This document shows positions 28,467 to 37,477 of a DNA stretch of 64,000 bases, one piece after another. The DNA lies in assembly GCA_004212155.1 (NCBI GenBank), contig RXIG01000008.1, positions 1-64,000 of the forward strand, read 5' to 3'. A model generated the notes under the pieces. It made no database searches and was not told where the DNA came from. It saw only the letters and a program-made list of their open reading frames with translations. The DNA is from an archaeon. Lineage in GTDB: Archaea > Methanobacteriota_B > Thermococci > Methanofastidiosales > NM3. Made by a program: the position numbers and the translations under genes. Each line of letters opens with the position of its first letter. The first letter of the stretch is position 1.

Positions 28467-29135
28467 ATGTTTTCGGAGGAGGTAGTCCGTGAGGCCAAGA
28501 GGAAGCGCATACACTACGTCGGCCTCATCATACCCGTTCTCTACTACTTCGTCCTCACGAGGACCGAACTGCTCGTGTTCACCGGGCTTGCGCTCGGCGC
28601 GTTTTTGCTCATCGACTACACCAGGATCTATAACAAGAACAAGTATGTCAGCTACTTCTTCGAGCACGAGAGCTACAACACGTCGATACGCCTCAAGTCC
28701 CTCGACGGGAAACGCGAGATCCAGCGCGACGTCTCCATCCCCACGTTCAAGCCGCTCCTGCGGTCCGAGGAACGCCACACCCTTGGCGGTCAGACCTATT
28801 TCGCGCTCGGCGCGTTCATCTCCATCCTCCTTTTCCCGAAAAACATCGCCATCGCTGCGATGACGGTGCTTGTCATCGGCGACAGCGCGGCGGCGATGAT
28901 CGGCATGACGTTCGGCCGGCACCGCATCTATGGCAAGAAGACGCTCGAGGGATTCCTCGGGTGCCTCGCCGTGAGCACGCTCATCTGCGTGATACTCCTC
29001 ACGCCGCTGGTCGCCATCGCGGGCGGGATCGTTGGCGCCTTGAGCGAGCTCGTGACGTTTCGATTGAACGACAACCTCACCATCCCCATCGCCACGGGGG
29101 CTGCGATGACGGTGGTCAACCACCTCCCGCTCTAG
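28467..29135 (+). CDS. Dolichol/phytol kinase family (CTP-dependent polyprenol kinase) membrane protein
   Basis: KRKRIH, GDSAAAMIG..FGRH, KKTLEG, NDNLTIP. Confidence 0.88.
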   Translation: MFSEEVVREAKRKRIHYVGLIIPVLYYFVLTRTELLVFTGLALGAFLLIDYTRIYNKNKYVSYFFEHESYNTSIRLKSLDGKREIQRDVSIPTFKPLLRSEERHTLGGQTYFALGAFISILLFPKNIAIAAMTVLVIGDSAAAMIGMTFGRHRIYGKKTLEGFLGCLAVSTLICVILLTPLVAIAGGIVGALSELVTFRLNDNLTIPIATGAAMTVVNHLPL

Positions 29136-29195
29136 CCGTTACCGAGACGATCATCCCCCGCAAGGTTTTTATGCTGGATTTGGCATAGTCATAGT

Positions 29196-29789
29196 ATGCC
29201 CAGGAAGCCCTCCAAGTTCAGCGACGAGCAGCTTTTGGAACTCTACGACCAGGGGCTTACCGACCGCGAGATCGCCGAAGGGCTCGGTGTCTCCCAGGCG
29301 GCCGTCAACTACAGGAGGTGCAAGCTGGGCCTCAAGACTAATTTTAAGCGCACCGGCGTCGGGGACAAGATCATCGCCGCATTGTGCAACGAGGGCCTCA
29401 CCGACAAGGAGATCGCATCGGTGCTCGGTGTGACCCAGTCGACCGTCAACTATCGACGCGAACGGCTCGGGCTCAAGTCGAACTACGTGAGGACCAAGTT
29501 CACTGACGAAGATTTTTTAAGGCTCTACCATGAAGGCCTACCAGACAAGGAGATCGCAACGATCCTCCAGGTCACGCCCGCCGCCGTCAACTATCGACGC
29601 GAACGGCTCGGACTGCGCTCCAACAGCACCGCCATCGACATGACGGAGTTTTCGGCCCTCTACTACAAGGGCTACGATGTGGAGCGCATCGCAGATGAGA
29701 TGTCCGTCTCGCTGGCAAAGGTCACCGAGGCCAAGCAGCTCATCGACATGAACGGACACCACGCATTCGCTCGACAGGAAGGAATCTAA
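29196..29789 (+). CDS. Tandem helix-turn-helix repeat protein
   Basis: Three 47-aa repeats LY..GL.D.EIA..L.V...AVNYRR..LGL plus a degenerate fourth. Confidence 0.85.
   Translation: MPRKPSKFSDEQLLELYDQGLTDREIAEGLGVSQAAVNYRRCKLGLKTNFKRTGVGDKIIAALCNEGLTDKEIASVLGVTQSTVNYRRERLGLKSNYVRTKFTDEDFLRLYHEGLPDKEIATILQVTPAAVNYRRERLGLRSNSTAIDMTEFSALYYKGYDVERIADEMSVSLAKVTEAKQLIDMNGHHAFARQEGI
29301..29611 (+). repeat. 141-bp-period internal coding repeat
   Basis: CCGTCAACTA recurs every 141 bp; 29443-29470 and 29584-29611 are identical over 28 bp. Confidence 0.85.
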
Positions 29790-29792
29790 GCA

Positions 29793-31142
29793 ATGGCACT
29801 CGAATCACTCAGCAAGGCCCTCTCCGGTGCCCTGAGCAAGGTCTCACGCTCATCAGTCGTTGACAGGGACGTCATCAAGGAGGTCGTCAAGGACATCCAA
29901 CGCGCCCTTCTCATGGCCGACGTCAACGTCCAGCTCGTCCTCGACGTAACGAAGACGATCGAGAAAAGGGCGCTTGAGGAGAAGGTCCCGCCCGGCGTCT
30001 CCAGAAAGGAGCACATCATCCGCATCGTCTACGAGGAGATCACGAAGTTCCTCGGCGAGACCAGCGAGAAGGTCAACCTCAAGTCCTCGGGCACGAGCGT
30101 GCTGCTCATGGTGGGCATACAGGGGTCGGGCAAGACCACGACCACCGGCAAGCTCGCCCGCTACTTCCAGAAGAAGGGATTCAAGGTCGGCATCGTCTGT
30201 ACCGATACCTGGCGTCCCGGTGCATACTACCAGCTCAAGCAGTATGTCGAACCGGTCAACATCGATGTCTGGGGCGACCCCGACGAGGAGAGCGCGACGC
30301 GCCTCGCCCGCGAGGGTGTCACGCACTTCAAGGAGAAGAAGTACGACATCGTCATCGTCGACACCGCCGGCAGGCACAAGGATGAGACGGGCCTCATCGA
30401 GGAGATGCGCGAGATAGCCGATGCGGTGCATCCCGACGAGACGGTACTCGTCATCGACGGCACGATAGGCCAGCAGGCGCAGCACCAGGCCAAGGCGTTC
30501 AAGCAGGCAACGGAGCTTGGCTCGATCATCATCACGAAGCTCGACGGCTCGGCAAAGGGCGGAGGCGCGCTCTCGGCCGTCGCGGCGACGGGAGCGCCGA
30601 TCAAGTTCATCGGCGAGGGCGAGCGCATCGAGAACATCGAGAAGTTCTCGCCTGAGCAGTTCGTCGCGAAACTGCTGGGATTTGGCGACCTCAAGACGCT
30701 GCTTGACAAGGTCAAGGACGCATCCAAGGAGCAGGAGTTCTCTCAAAAGGACGCCCAGAAGATGCTGTCCGGCAAGTTCACGCTCAAGGACATGTACCAG
30801 CAGCTCGAGATGCTCTCCAACATGGGTCCCATGCAGCAGATATTCCAGATGATCCCCGGCATGGGCGCGAATCTGCCAAGCGAGTTCGTCGAGGCCAGCG
30901 AGGAGAACCTTGCCAAGTACAAGGTGATCATGAACTCGATGACCGAGCGCGAGCTCAAGGACCCCAAGGTCATCCACTTCTCGCGCGTCAAGCGCATCGC
31001 CCGCGGGTCGGGCACATCCCAGGAGGACGTCAAGGGACTGCTCAATCAGTACGATGCGATGAAAAAGATGATGAAACAGATGGGAAAGCGCAAAATGGGC
31101 AAGATGGGCATGCCGGGCATGTTCAAGAACATGAAGTTCTAG
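29793..31142 (+). CDS. srp54: Signal recognition particle protein SRP54
   Basis: GIQGSGKTTT, DTWRPGAY, DTAGRH, TKLDGSAKGGGALS, M-domain RIARGSG. Confidence 0.98.
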   Translation: MALESLSKALSGALSKVSRSSVVDRDVIKEVVKDIQRALLMADVNVQLVLDVTKTIEKRALEEKVPPGVSRKEHIIRIVYEEITKFLGETSEKVNLKSSGTSVLLMVGIQGSGKTTTTGKLARYFQKKGFKVGIVCTDTWRPGAYYQLKQYVEPVNIDVWGDPDEESATRLAREGVTHFKEKKYDIVIVDTAGRHKDETGLIEEMREIADAVHPDETVLVIDGTIGQQAQHQAKAFKQATELGSIIITKLDGSAKGGGALSAVAATGAPIKFIGEGERIENIEKFSPEQFVAKLLGFGDLKTLLDKVKDASKEQEFSQKDAQKMLSGKFTLKDMYQQLEMLSNMGPMQQIFQMIPGMGANLPSEFVEASEENLAKYKVIMNSMTERELKDPKVIHFSRVKRIARGSGTSQEDVKGLLNQYDAMKKMMKQMGKRKMGKMGMPGMFKNMKF

Positions 31143-31345
31143 CGGCGACCCATGTACTCTTCCAGCGAACGCGTCTTTTCGTCGCCGTTCCTCTTACTGT
31201 CCTTTTCCAGGATGATCACGTCCGAGACGACATAGACGCGGTACGCGTCGAGGTGTGAGATGTTGTACTTGTCGCGTATCCTTTTCGGTATGGTGATGCG
31301 CCCCTGCACACCAACGCGGATCCTTTCCTGTTCCTTCGTGTTCAC
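31139..31345 (-). CDS. AbrB/MazE/SpoVT family DNA-binding protein
   Basis: RVGVQGRITIPKRIRDKYNI; GTGA overlap with the ATPase stop. Confidence 0.85.
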   Translation of the reverse strand: MNTKEQERIRVGVQGRITIPKRIRDKYNISHLDAYRVYVVSDVIILEKDSKRNGDEKTRSLEEYMGRR

Positions 31346-32547
31346 GTGCCATCCTCTTCCTGGAGCAGGTCCTTGATGTGCTCGAGAATCTCGTAGTGGC
31401 CCTTCTTCTTGCGCAAAAGGCCCATGGCGGTGAGCTCCTCGAGGTCGGTGTAGACGCGCGTCGGCGCCTCCTTGGTGGACTTGGAGAGCTGTATGTAGGT
31501 CACCGGGCCCCCGTTGAACTCACCGATCATCTCGTCGATGATGGTGCGCAGCTCGGGCGGCACCTTTGACATGTACTCCTCGAGCGAGTTGGGCACTGCG
31601 ACCAGGCGCGTCACGTAGCGCTCGTCGATGAGGTCGACGACAGGGTCGCGGGCAGCGGCGGAGAGCACCGAGTGGAGCATCCGCAACAGCACACGCGGGT
31701 TGCCGTTGGAGACCTTGTTGAGCAGCGTGACGGCCGATGCGTCAAACGGGTAGAGCTCGTCGTAGGTCTCATCAGTGCGCACCTGTCTGAGGCGTTTCTT
31801 GATAAGCTCGAACGCCTTCCTGTCGGTGAGCTGCTCGCACTGGAGCTCTGCATGCAGGCGTATCGTGAACGCGGGGAAGCTGTCCTTCAACTGCTTGTAG
31901 AACTCAGGCGTGCAGGCAAATGCGAAAAGGCACCCCTTCGGCATGTTCGAGATGAATCCGCGCAGCGCCTCGAAGAACTGTATGAGGTCCGACTCGGACG
32001 CGGTCATGATGTTTTCGATCTCGTCCAGGATGAGCGCAGAGAGCTCGTGGCGCCCCATGCCCTCCCTGAGCTGGCGTGCCACGGCCTGGGGGTCGTAGGT
32101 CGCCCTTGTCACGCGGGGGCGCGACGAGACGGGTGGCGGCGGCGCGGGGGCGAACATACGCTTGATGGCTGCAACGAATCCCGTCGCCTGCGGCGGCACC
32201 GCGATCTCCTCTTCGGGATGCAGGGCGTCGAGGAAGCCCTGGGTCACCTGAGCGATGTCGTTGTTGTCGACCTTTTGGAAATGTACGAATCCGCCGGATC
32301 CCTCTACAAGGCTCATGATGCCCTTGAGGCGCTGTGTCTTTCCGGCCCCAAGCTCGCCTACGAGCGAGATGGCAAGCGATGAGCTGTTGTCAACGACCTC
32401 GGAGAGGATCTCTGCAAGCCTGGTATCGATCGTTTGTGAGACGTGGATGTCCTCCACGTTCTCTATGCCTTCGCTTGACAGCGACGTGAATGGATTGCGT
32501 GCAAGTGCGAATCGAGAATAATCAGGAGGATTCGATTGTTCGTACAT
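31342..32547 (-). CDS. AAA+/P-loop ATPase with C-terminal winged helix
   Basis: FALARNPF, GELGAGKT, LILDEIEN, GNPRVLL, C-terminal HTH (YIQLSK..VY.DLEEL..MGLL). Confidence 0.85.
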   Translation of the reverse strand: MYEQSNPPDYSRFALARNPFTSLSSEGIENVEDIHVSQTIDTRLAEILSEVVDNSSSLAISLVGELGAGKTQRLKGIMSLVEGSGGFVHFQKVDNNDIAQVTQGFLDALHPEEEIAVPPQATGFVAAIKRMFAPAPPPPVSSRPRVTRATYDPQAVARQLREGMGRHELSALILDEIENIMTASESDLIQFFEALRGFISNMPKGCLFAFACTPEFYKQLKDSFPAFTIRLHAELQCEQLTDRKAFELIKKRLRQVRTDETYDELYPFDASAVTLLNKVSNGNPRVLLRMLHSVLSAAARDPVVDLIDERYVTRLVAVPNSLEEYMSKVPPELRTIIDEMIGEFNGGPVTYIQLSKSTKEAPTRVYTDLEELTAMGLLRKKKGHYEILEHIKDLLQEEDGT

Positions 32548-32673
32548 TAATACACCTTATTTTTCCTACAGTATAAATTAATATAAATCTTACGTATTTC
32601 AAACGCGATATTACCGAAATCGAGATAGAGAAAGGTTTTTATTCGTAGGAAAATGATTCTTTATGGAATTATC

Positions 32674-33666
32674 ATGAAACGGTCAGCCATCGTCCTCGTG
32701 ATGCTTTTCTTGTGCGTGTCGTGTGCGAGCGCAGGTGCCAGTCCGACCGAGCACGACCTCATCATCGTCAGGGACGACATCCCCATCGAGTACGTCATCG
32801 GCCTCCCCTTCGCATCGGCACACAACATTCCCCTGCTCCAGGTACCAGGCGACGCGCTTGATGCGAACGAGCAAAAACAGCTCGCTGGCTACTACCAGAA
32901 CGGGGCGCGCAGGGTGCTGATACTGGGGGGCGTCGACACGGCGATCTCGGATGCGGTCGAGGAGACCATCCGGGAGATCGGCTACGAGGTGGAGCGAAAA
33001 AGCGGCCTTGCGCGGGAGAACACTGCCGCGCTCTTTGCCATCGAGACGTGGAAGGAGTCGCCGCAAGCCGTCGTGCTCAACGGGTCCGTGGAGGAGTCGT
33101 ACCTCGTCGGGCTGCAGGCGGCCATGCAGCTCTCATGCCCCATACTGCTCACCAACGACACGACGCTGACCTACGACACGAGCAGGGCGCTCGAGTCGCT
33201 CGGGTGCGAGACGGCATATGTCATCGGCTCGACGATCGAGCAGGGCGTCTTTGACGAGCTCGACGCCATGGGCATCAAATACGTGCACATCGGCGAGGAC
33301 ATCGACCCTCACGAGGTCATCGAGCGGCCAGACGACGGTCTCGACCTTCTCTCTCCCGCATCGTTTATCTTCGGGGCGATCATCGGCATCGTCGGGATGT
33401 ATGCGCTGCTTCGATACCGGAGCACGAGGCAGATGCCCGAGGTGCCGCTTTTCGTCCTGACAGAGGATGAGCGCACGGTCGTCAACGCCATCGTGCGCGC
33501 AGGCGGGGAGCTGCGCCAGGACGAGCTGCCCAAGCTCACGAACTATTCGCGCCCCAAGGTCTCCCGCATCGTCAACGACCTGGAGGGAAAACAGATACTC
33601 ATGCGCGAGAAGAAAGGAAAGACTTATAAAGTGAGCATAGCGAAGAAGTTTATCAACAGGAAGTAG
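32674..33666 (+). CDS. Membrane-spanning regulator: cell-wall-binding-2-like ectodomain, TM helix, C-terminal winged HTH
   Basis: Signal peptide; VLILGG..AISD.VE..VERKSG..RE.TA; TM; LTEDE..GGELRQDEL...YSRPKVSRIV.DLE. Confidence 0.8.
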   Translation: MKRSAIVLVMLFLCVSCASAGASPTEHDLIIVRDDIPIEYVIGLPFASAHNIPLLQVPGDALDANEQKQLAGYYQNGARRVLILGGVDTAISDAVEETIREIGYEVERKSGLARENTAALFAIETWKESPQAVVLNGSVEESYLVGLQAAMQLSCPILLTNDTTLTYDTSRALESLGCETAYVIGSTIEQGVFDELDAMGIKYVHIGEDIDPHEVIERPDDGLDLLSPASFIFGAIIGIVGMYALLRYRSTRQMPEVPLFVLTEDERTVVNAIVRAGGELRQDELPKLTNYSRPKVSRIVNDLEGKQILMREKKGKTYKVSIAKKFINRK

Positions 33667-33683
33667 CCTGAGGAGTGAAGTTC

Positions 33684-33839
33684 ATGAAATGTTCTTCTTG
33701 TCATAGAGAGATTACCCCTAAGGAAAAGATGGTCCAGTTCCCGTGCCCCGAATGCGAGGAGACGGTCATTCGGTGTGAGAAGTGCAGGGTGCTTGGTAAT
33801 AAGTATACATGCACGAGCTGCGGGTTCGTCGGACCGTAA
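33684..33839 (+). CDS. HVO_2753/DUF1610-family zinc-finger micro-protein (not in ORF track)
   Basis: MKCSSCHREITPKEKMVQFPCPECEETVIRCEKCRVLGNKYTCTSCGFVGP; conserved position before EF-1 beta. Confidence 0.92.
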   Translation: MKCSSCHREITPKEKMVQFPCPECEETVIRCEKCRVLGNKYTCTSCGFVGP

Positions 33840-33852
33840 GGAGAGATTCACA

Positions 33853-34131
33853 ATGAGCGATTATAACACGGTAGCAACGATAAGGGTCATGCCAGAGGGC
33901 GTGGAGACCGACCTCGAGGCCCTTAAGACGAAGATCCAGGACGCGGTGCCTGGCAACATGAAGATACACAAGATAGAGGAAGAACCAATTGCGTTCGGCC
34001 TCGTGGCGCTCAACGTCATGATCCTCACGTCAGACAAGGAGGGCGGCGACCTCGACCCGGCAGTAGAGGCGTTTGATACCCTCGAGAACGTGAGCGAAGT
34101 AGACATCACCGATGTCAGGCGCCTGCTCTAG
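33853..34131 (+). CDS. ef1b: Elongation factor 1-beta
   Basis: RVMPE.VETDLE..EEPIAFGLVAL. Confidence 0.95.
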   Translation: MSDYNTVATIRVMPEGVETDLEALKTKIQDAVPGNMKIHKIEEEPIAFGLVALNVMILTSDKEGGDLDPAVEAFDTLENVSEVDITDVRRLL

Positions 34132-34142
34132 GCCCGCTTTTC

Positions 34143-35141
34143 TTAGAACCACTGATCGAGCGTCTCTTGTTTGATGACGCTCTCGATTCCCTTTTCCAAT
34201 CGTTCCAGGGCGCGTTCCACGCGTATGTGTGAAAAGTCGCGCTTGTCGCAGAGGAACGACTCGATGCTGTCCGACTGTGGCGACGAGAACGAGAACTCGT
34301 AGTCGTCGGTGACCTTGGGCGAGAGGAAGAGGCCCTTTAGCGTCTCGTCGACGCCATACGATGAGAACGACCCTTCACGAACGACGTCAAGCGCCTTTTT
34401 CGGACCGATGCCCTTGACCCCGAGATTGTAGTCGGTACCCACGAGCAGCGCGACCTCGACGAGCTGCTCGCGCGTGAGCGAGAGCGACTCGAGCACCGCG
34501 GCGAGCTCGACCTGTTCGGGAACGACCTCGCGGTAGACGTTCTTGCCAGGCATCTTGCGCCGGCCCGAGATCGTGACGTTGCGGATCAGCATTGGCGCGC
34601 CGAAGAGCAGCGAATCGTAGTCCTGGGACGCAACTGCGAAGACGCGCTTGTCGGTGCTGCACATGTATGAGGCCTGCGCCTCGCCCTCGGATGGCGCATC
34701 GATGTAGGGGATGCCCATGAAGGTCAGCAGGTCCCGTGCCTCGGCGAGCATGTCAGAGGTGAAGGTAAGCATCTGCTGTGAATACTTGGCATAGTCCTCC
34801 TTCCTGCCCTCGACCTTCGCACGGATGGCCTTCTTCTTGGCCTCGTCCTTGTGCTCTTTGCGTTCGCGCAGCGTGTCGATCTTCTCGCGCGGAGGCGTGC
34901 CGTCAAAGACGTATACGGGACGGATGCCCATCTCGAGCAGATTGATGGAACGATAAAAGAGACCGGAAAGATGTGACGTGGTGCGTCCCTGGGAATCCTT
35001 GAGCACCTCGCCGTCACGCTGGCGTATGATGGCCAGGAACTGGTAGAGCGCATTGAGCGCATCCACCGCCAGCACCTTCCCATGGAGCGCCGCGAAGTCG
35101 ATCTCGGTGCGCGGCACCACATCCTTGAGGTCGACGCCCAT
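34143..35141 (-). CDS. fen: Flap endonuclease 1
   Basis: MGV, DALNALYQFL.IIRQ.DG, APSEGEAQA, SQDYD, GTDYN, PIP box QETLDQWF. Confidence 0.97.
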   Translation of the reverse strand: MGVDLKDVVPRTEIDFAALHGKVLAVDALNALYQFLAIIRQRDGEVLKDSQGRTTSHLSGLFYRSINLLEMGIRPVYVFDGTPPREKIDTLRERKEHKDEAKKKAIRAKVEGRKEDYAKYSQQMLTFTSDMLAEARDLLTFMGIPYIDAPSEGEAQASYMCSTDKRVFAVASQDYDSLLFGAPMLIRNVTISGRRKMPGKNVYREVVPEQVELAAVLESLSLTREQLVEVALLVGTDYNLGVKGIGPKKALDVVREGSFSSYGVDETLKGLFLSPKVTDDYEFSFSSPQSDSIESFLCDKRDFSHIRVERALERLEKGIESVIKQETLDQWF

Positions 35142-35143
35142 GA

Positions 35144-35314
35144 TCACTCATCCGGGCGTACGACGGTAATGGGAAGGACACCCATTTCGAGCTCCTTGAT
35201 CGCTACGCGAATGGAGTCGAAGTCGTCAGTATCAATGAGGATTGGCGCATCCATGGATATCTGCAGGGCCCGTGCGCCTATGACCCGTGCACGCTCGTAT
35301 CTATTCAATCGTAT
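35144..35314 (-). CDS. rpo6: RNA polymerase subunit Rpo6 (RpoK) (not in ORF track)
   Basis: (I)[27 protein letters not shown]...[17 protein letters not shown]; start ATA 35314, alternatives GTG 35323 or TTG 35308. Confidence 0.93.
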   Translation of the reverse strand: MRLNRYERARVIGARALQISMDAPILIDTDDFDSIRVAIKELEMGVLPITVVRPDE

Positions 35315-35542
35315 AGGAATCACCCGGTTTCGTACGTTCTCGGTAAACGATAAGATATAAGAACCTTAATAACGTTACGCATACTGTTTTTAATCATTTC
35401 GGTATCCTTGGGCCATTTCGCACCTTAAAAGCCTTGCGATGGCCGTGAAGTGTAGCCCCGGGGGCACATGATGAGGAGAGGCGGGGACATGCGATGACGC
35501 CTGTCCCCAATTGAGTAAAAAAACTAATTTTTTTGCGAAGAA

Positions 35543-35614
35543 TCACTTCTTTTTTACGTTCTTCTGAGTTGCAGTCGTTTCTTTCTTCTTTTTAGGCGAT
35601 GCCTTAGCTCCCAT
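35543..35614 (-). CDS. Putative 23-aa lysine-rich micro-protein
   Basis: SD GGAGGTG, ATG, MGAKASPKKKKETTATQKNVKKK*; TATA-like TTTATATA about 40 bp upstream. Confidence 0.6.
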   Translation of the reverse strand: MGAKASPKKKKETTATQKNVKKK

Positions 35615-35797
35615 GCACACACCTCCAAATATTATAAGATTAATAACCTATATATAAACTTATCTATTGGTAAATTGCTATTAGAAAAAAAAATAATATT
35701 ATTATATACTTATAATAAAAATATAAATATTAAATAATAAAATAATTAATAAAAATAAATTAAAAAATAATTAATAAAAGAAAAATAAAGAAAAAGA

Positions 35798-37462
35798 TTA
35801 AAGCTCGTTGAATATCTTATCTTCAAGGAGCCTTATCTGTTCATCCACGTAGTCAAGCGTTTCCTTGTCCATGCGGGCAGCAAGCGTGTTGCGGCGGTCG
35901 ACGATCTTCGAGTAGTTCGACACGGCACCTTTCAGGTCCTTGCGTATCGTCTCTGGATCGTAGTGCGCCACTGCCTTGTCAAGACCGTCCACGAGCTTGG
36001 CGGCGTCAGGGTCGCTTGGCGTCGGCGCCGTGCGTCCGGGCGCTACCGGCGTCACGAGCGTTCGCTGTGCACCCTCGCCCCCCTCTGGAGGTCCTGGTGG
36101 CGGCACCGGTGCTGCCTCTCCGTAGAACTCGGGTGGTGGTCCTTCCTCCTCCTCTTCTTCCCTGCGGCGGGCAAGGAGTATGATAAGGATTGCCAGGAGT
36201 AATAGCAACAGCAGCAACCCAAGGAACCACGTCTGCATATACCACGGCGTCCCGTCGTCCTCTTCGCACGACTCGATGCGGTCATCGATCATCTGGACCA
36301 TTGCATCGTCGTCGTAGCTGGCATAGATCTCCCTGGCGTCCTGCCACTTGTTAATGGCGCTCTCGCAGTCGCCCTGGTCGGCAAAGGCATCGCCCTGTTC
36401 GACAAGCTCCTCTGCAAGGCCGTACTTGTCGCACTTTTCCAAGTAGAAGTCGCACTGGGCCACGCCGTCCTCGTCGCCGCACTGCTCATAGAGGGCCCGG
36501 GCTATCTCGAGCTGCGAGCGCGCTTCCTCGCAGTCCTCCTCGTAGACCTCCATGGCCGCCTCGAACGTCTCCTCTGCGAGCGTGCAGGGATCTTCTGCCT
36601 CGGCCACCGTGAAGGTGGTCTGTATGGAGTTATTGTCAATGTTCGAGTCGTACTGGTGCGGATTGAGGTACATCTTGGCGGTTAGGTCGCCAAGCCTGCT
36701 TGCGCCCCAAGAGAGCGTGACGGTCTGTGTGGAGTTCGGTTCGAACGACAACGTCGTCGAAGCGAGGTTGCCCTGTGCGATCTCCGGGATGTAGAAGCCG
36801 AGTATCTTGTCGGGCAGATTCACATCGCCGTCGACGGTCACGTCGACACTGACGTTGACCGTGTCGCCAAGCGCCGGCTCCTCGGGTGTGATGACAAGAT
36901 TTGACAGTATCACGTCGTATGGTTCGAGCACGCGTACCGGAAGGGTCACAGACCTGTCGCCGATCGATGATGTTGCGGTGAACTGGATCTCGTAGAGGCC
37001 CGGAGCCTCGCCCTCGGGTACCGAGACGTCGACGGTGACGGTCTCGCTGTCATTGCCCTCGAGTATGAGCCGGTCCTCAGAGAGCGTCACGTCCCATTCT
37101 GGCGGGCCCATGACGCTGAGATAAATGTTGTTCACGTTCGCCATCTTGAACGAGCTCGCGCTGCCGGTACCTGGCATGCCCATGCCCCCGCCTGTGACGA
37201 AAGAAGACTCACTTGGCGGAGATGGGGGGGGTGGTGGAGTTTCCGTTGGTGGAGATGGCGATGTGGTGGGGGAAGGTGTAGTCGTAGGTTCACCCGTACT
37301 GCTCGTGAGCACGGTTACGTCTATGCTTGTGGAGTACCCTGCATAGACCTGGGCCTCTTCCCCGCTCCACTGTATATATACCTGGAGGTCGGCACCTGCC
37401 ACCATCGCCCCCGAGAGGAGGACGATGAGGACCAGTGCCGCTCCACAGACAGACCGACGCAT
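35798..37462 (-). CDS. Single-pass membrane protein: Pro/Thr linker, Ig-like/CARDB domains, Cys-containing helical repeats, cytoplasmic tail
   Basis: Signal peptide; DSNIDNN CARDB end; TM FLGLLLLLLLLAILIILL followed by RRREEEEEE. Confidence 0.85.
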   Translation of the reverse strand: MRRSVCGAALVLIVLLSGAMVAGADLQVYIQWSGEEAQVYAGYSTSIDVTVLTSSTGEPTTTPSPTTSPSPPTETPPPPPSPPSESSFVTGGGMGMPGTGSASSFKMANVNNIYLSVMGPPEWDVTLSEDRLILEGNDSETVTVDVSVPEGEAPGLYEIQFTATSSIGDRSVTLPVRVLEPYDVILSNLVITPEEPALGDTVNVSVDVTVDGDVNLPDKILGFYIPEIAQGNLASTTLSFEPNSTQTVTLSWGASRLGDLTAKMYLNPHQYDSNIDNNSIQTTFTVAEAEDPCTLAEETFEAAMEVYEEDCEEARSQLEIARALYEQCGDEDGVAQCDFYLEKCDKYGLAEELVEQGDAFADQGDCESAINKWQDAREIYASYDDDAMVQMIDDRIESCEEDDGTPWYMQTWFLGLLLLLLLLAILIILLARRREEEEEEGPPPEFYGEAAPVPPPGPPEGGEGAQRTLVTPVAPGRTAPTPSDPDAAKLVDGLDKAVAHYDPETIRKDLKGAVSNYSKIVDRRNTLAARMDKETLDYVDEQIRLLEDKIFNEL

Positions 37463-37477
37463 CAGGTTCACCGTTGT

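Noticed and set aside
35484-35512. Hairpin as a SECIS element
   Set aside because: It lacks the archaeal GAA/A internal-loop motif and there is no nearby gene with an in-frame UGA.
35660-35797. Extremely A/T-rich tract as a replication origin or repeat element
   Set aside because: No ORB-like boxes and no adjacent cdc6/orc1; explained by the T-rich terminator of the upstream gene plus a promoter region.
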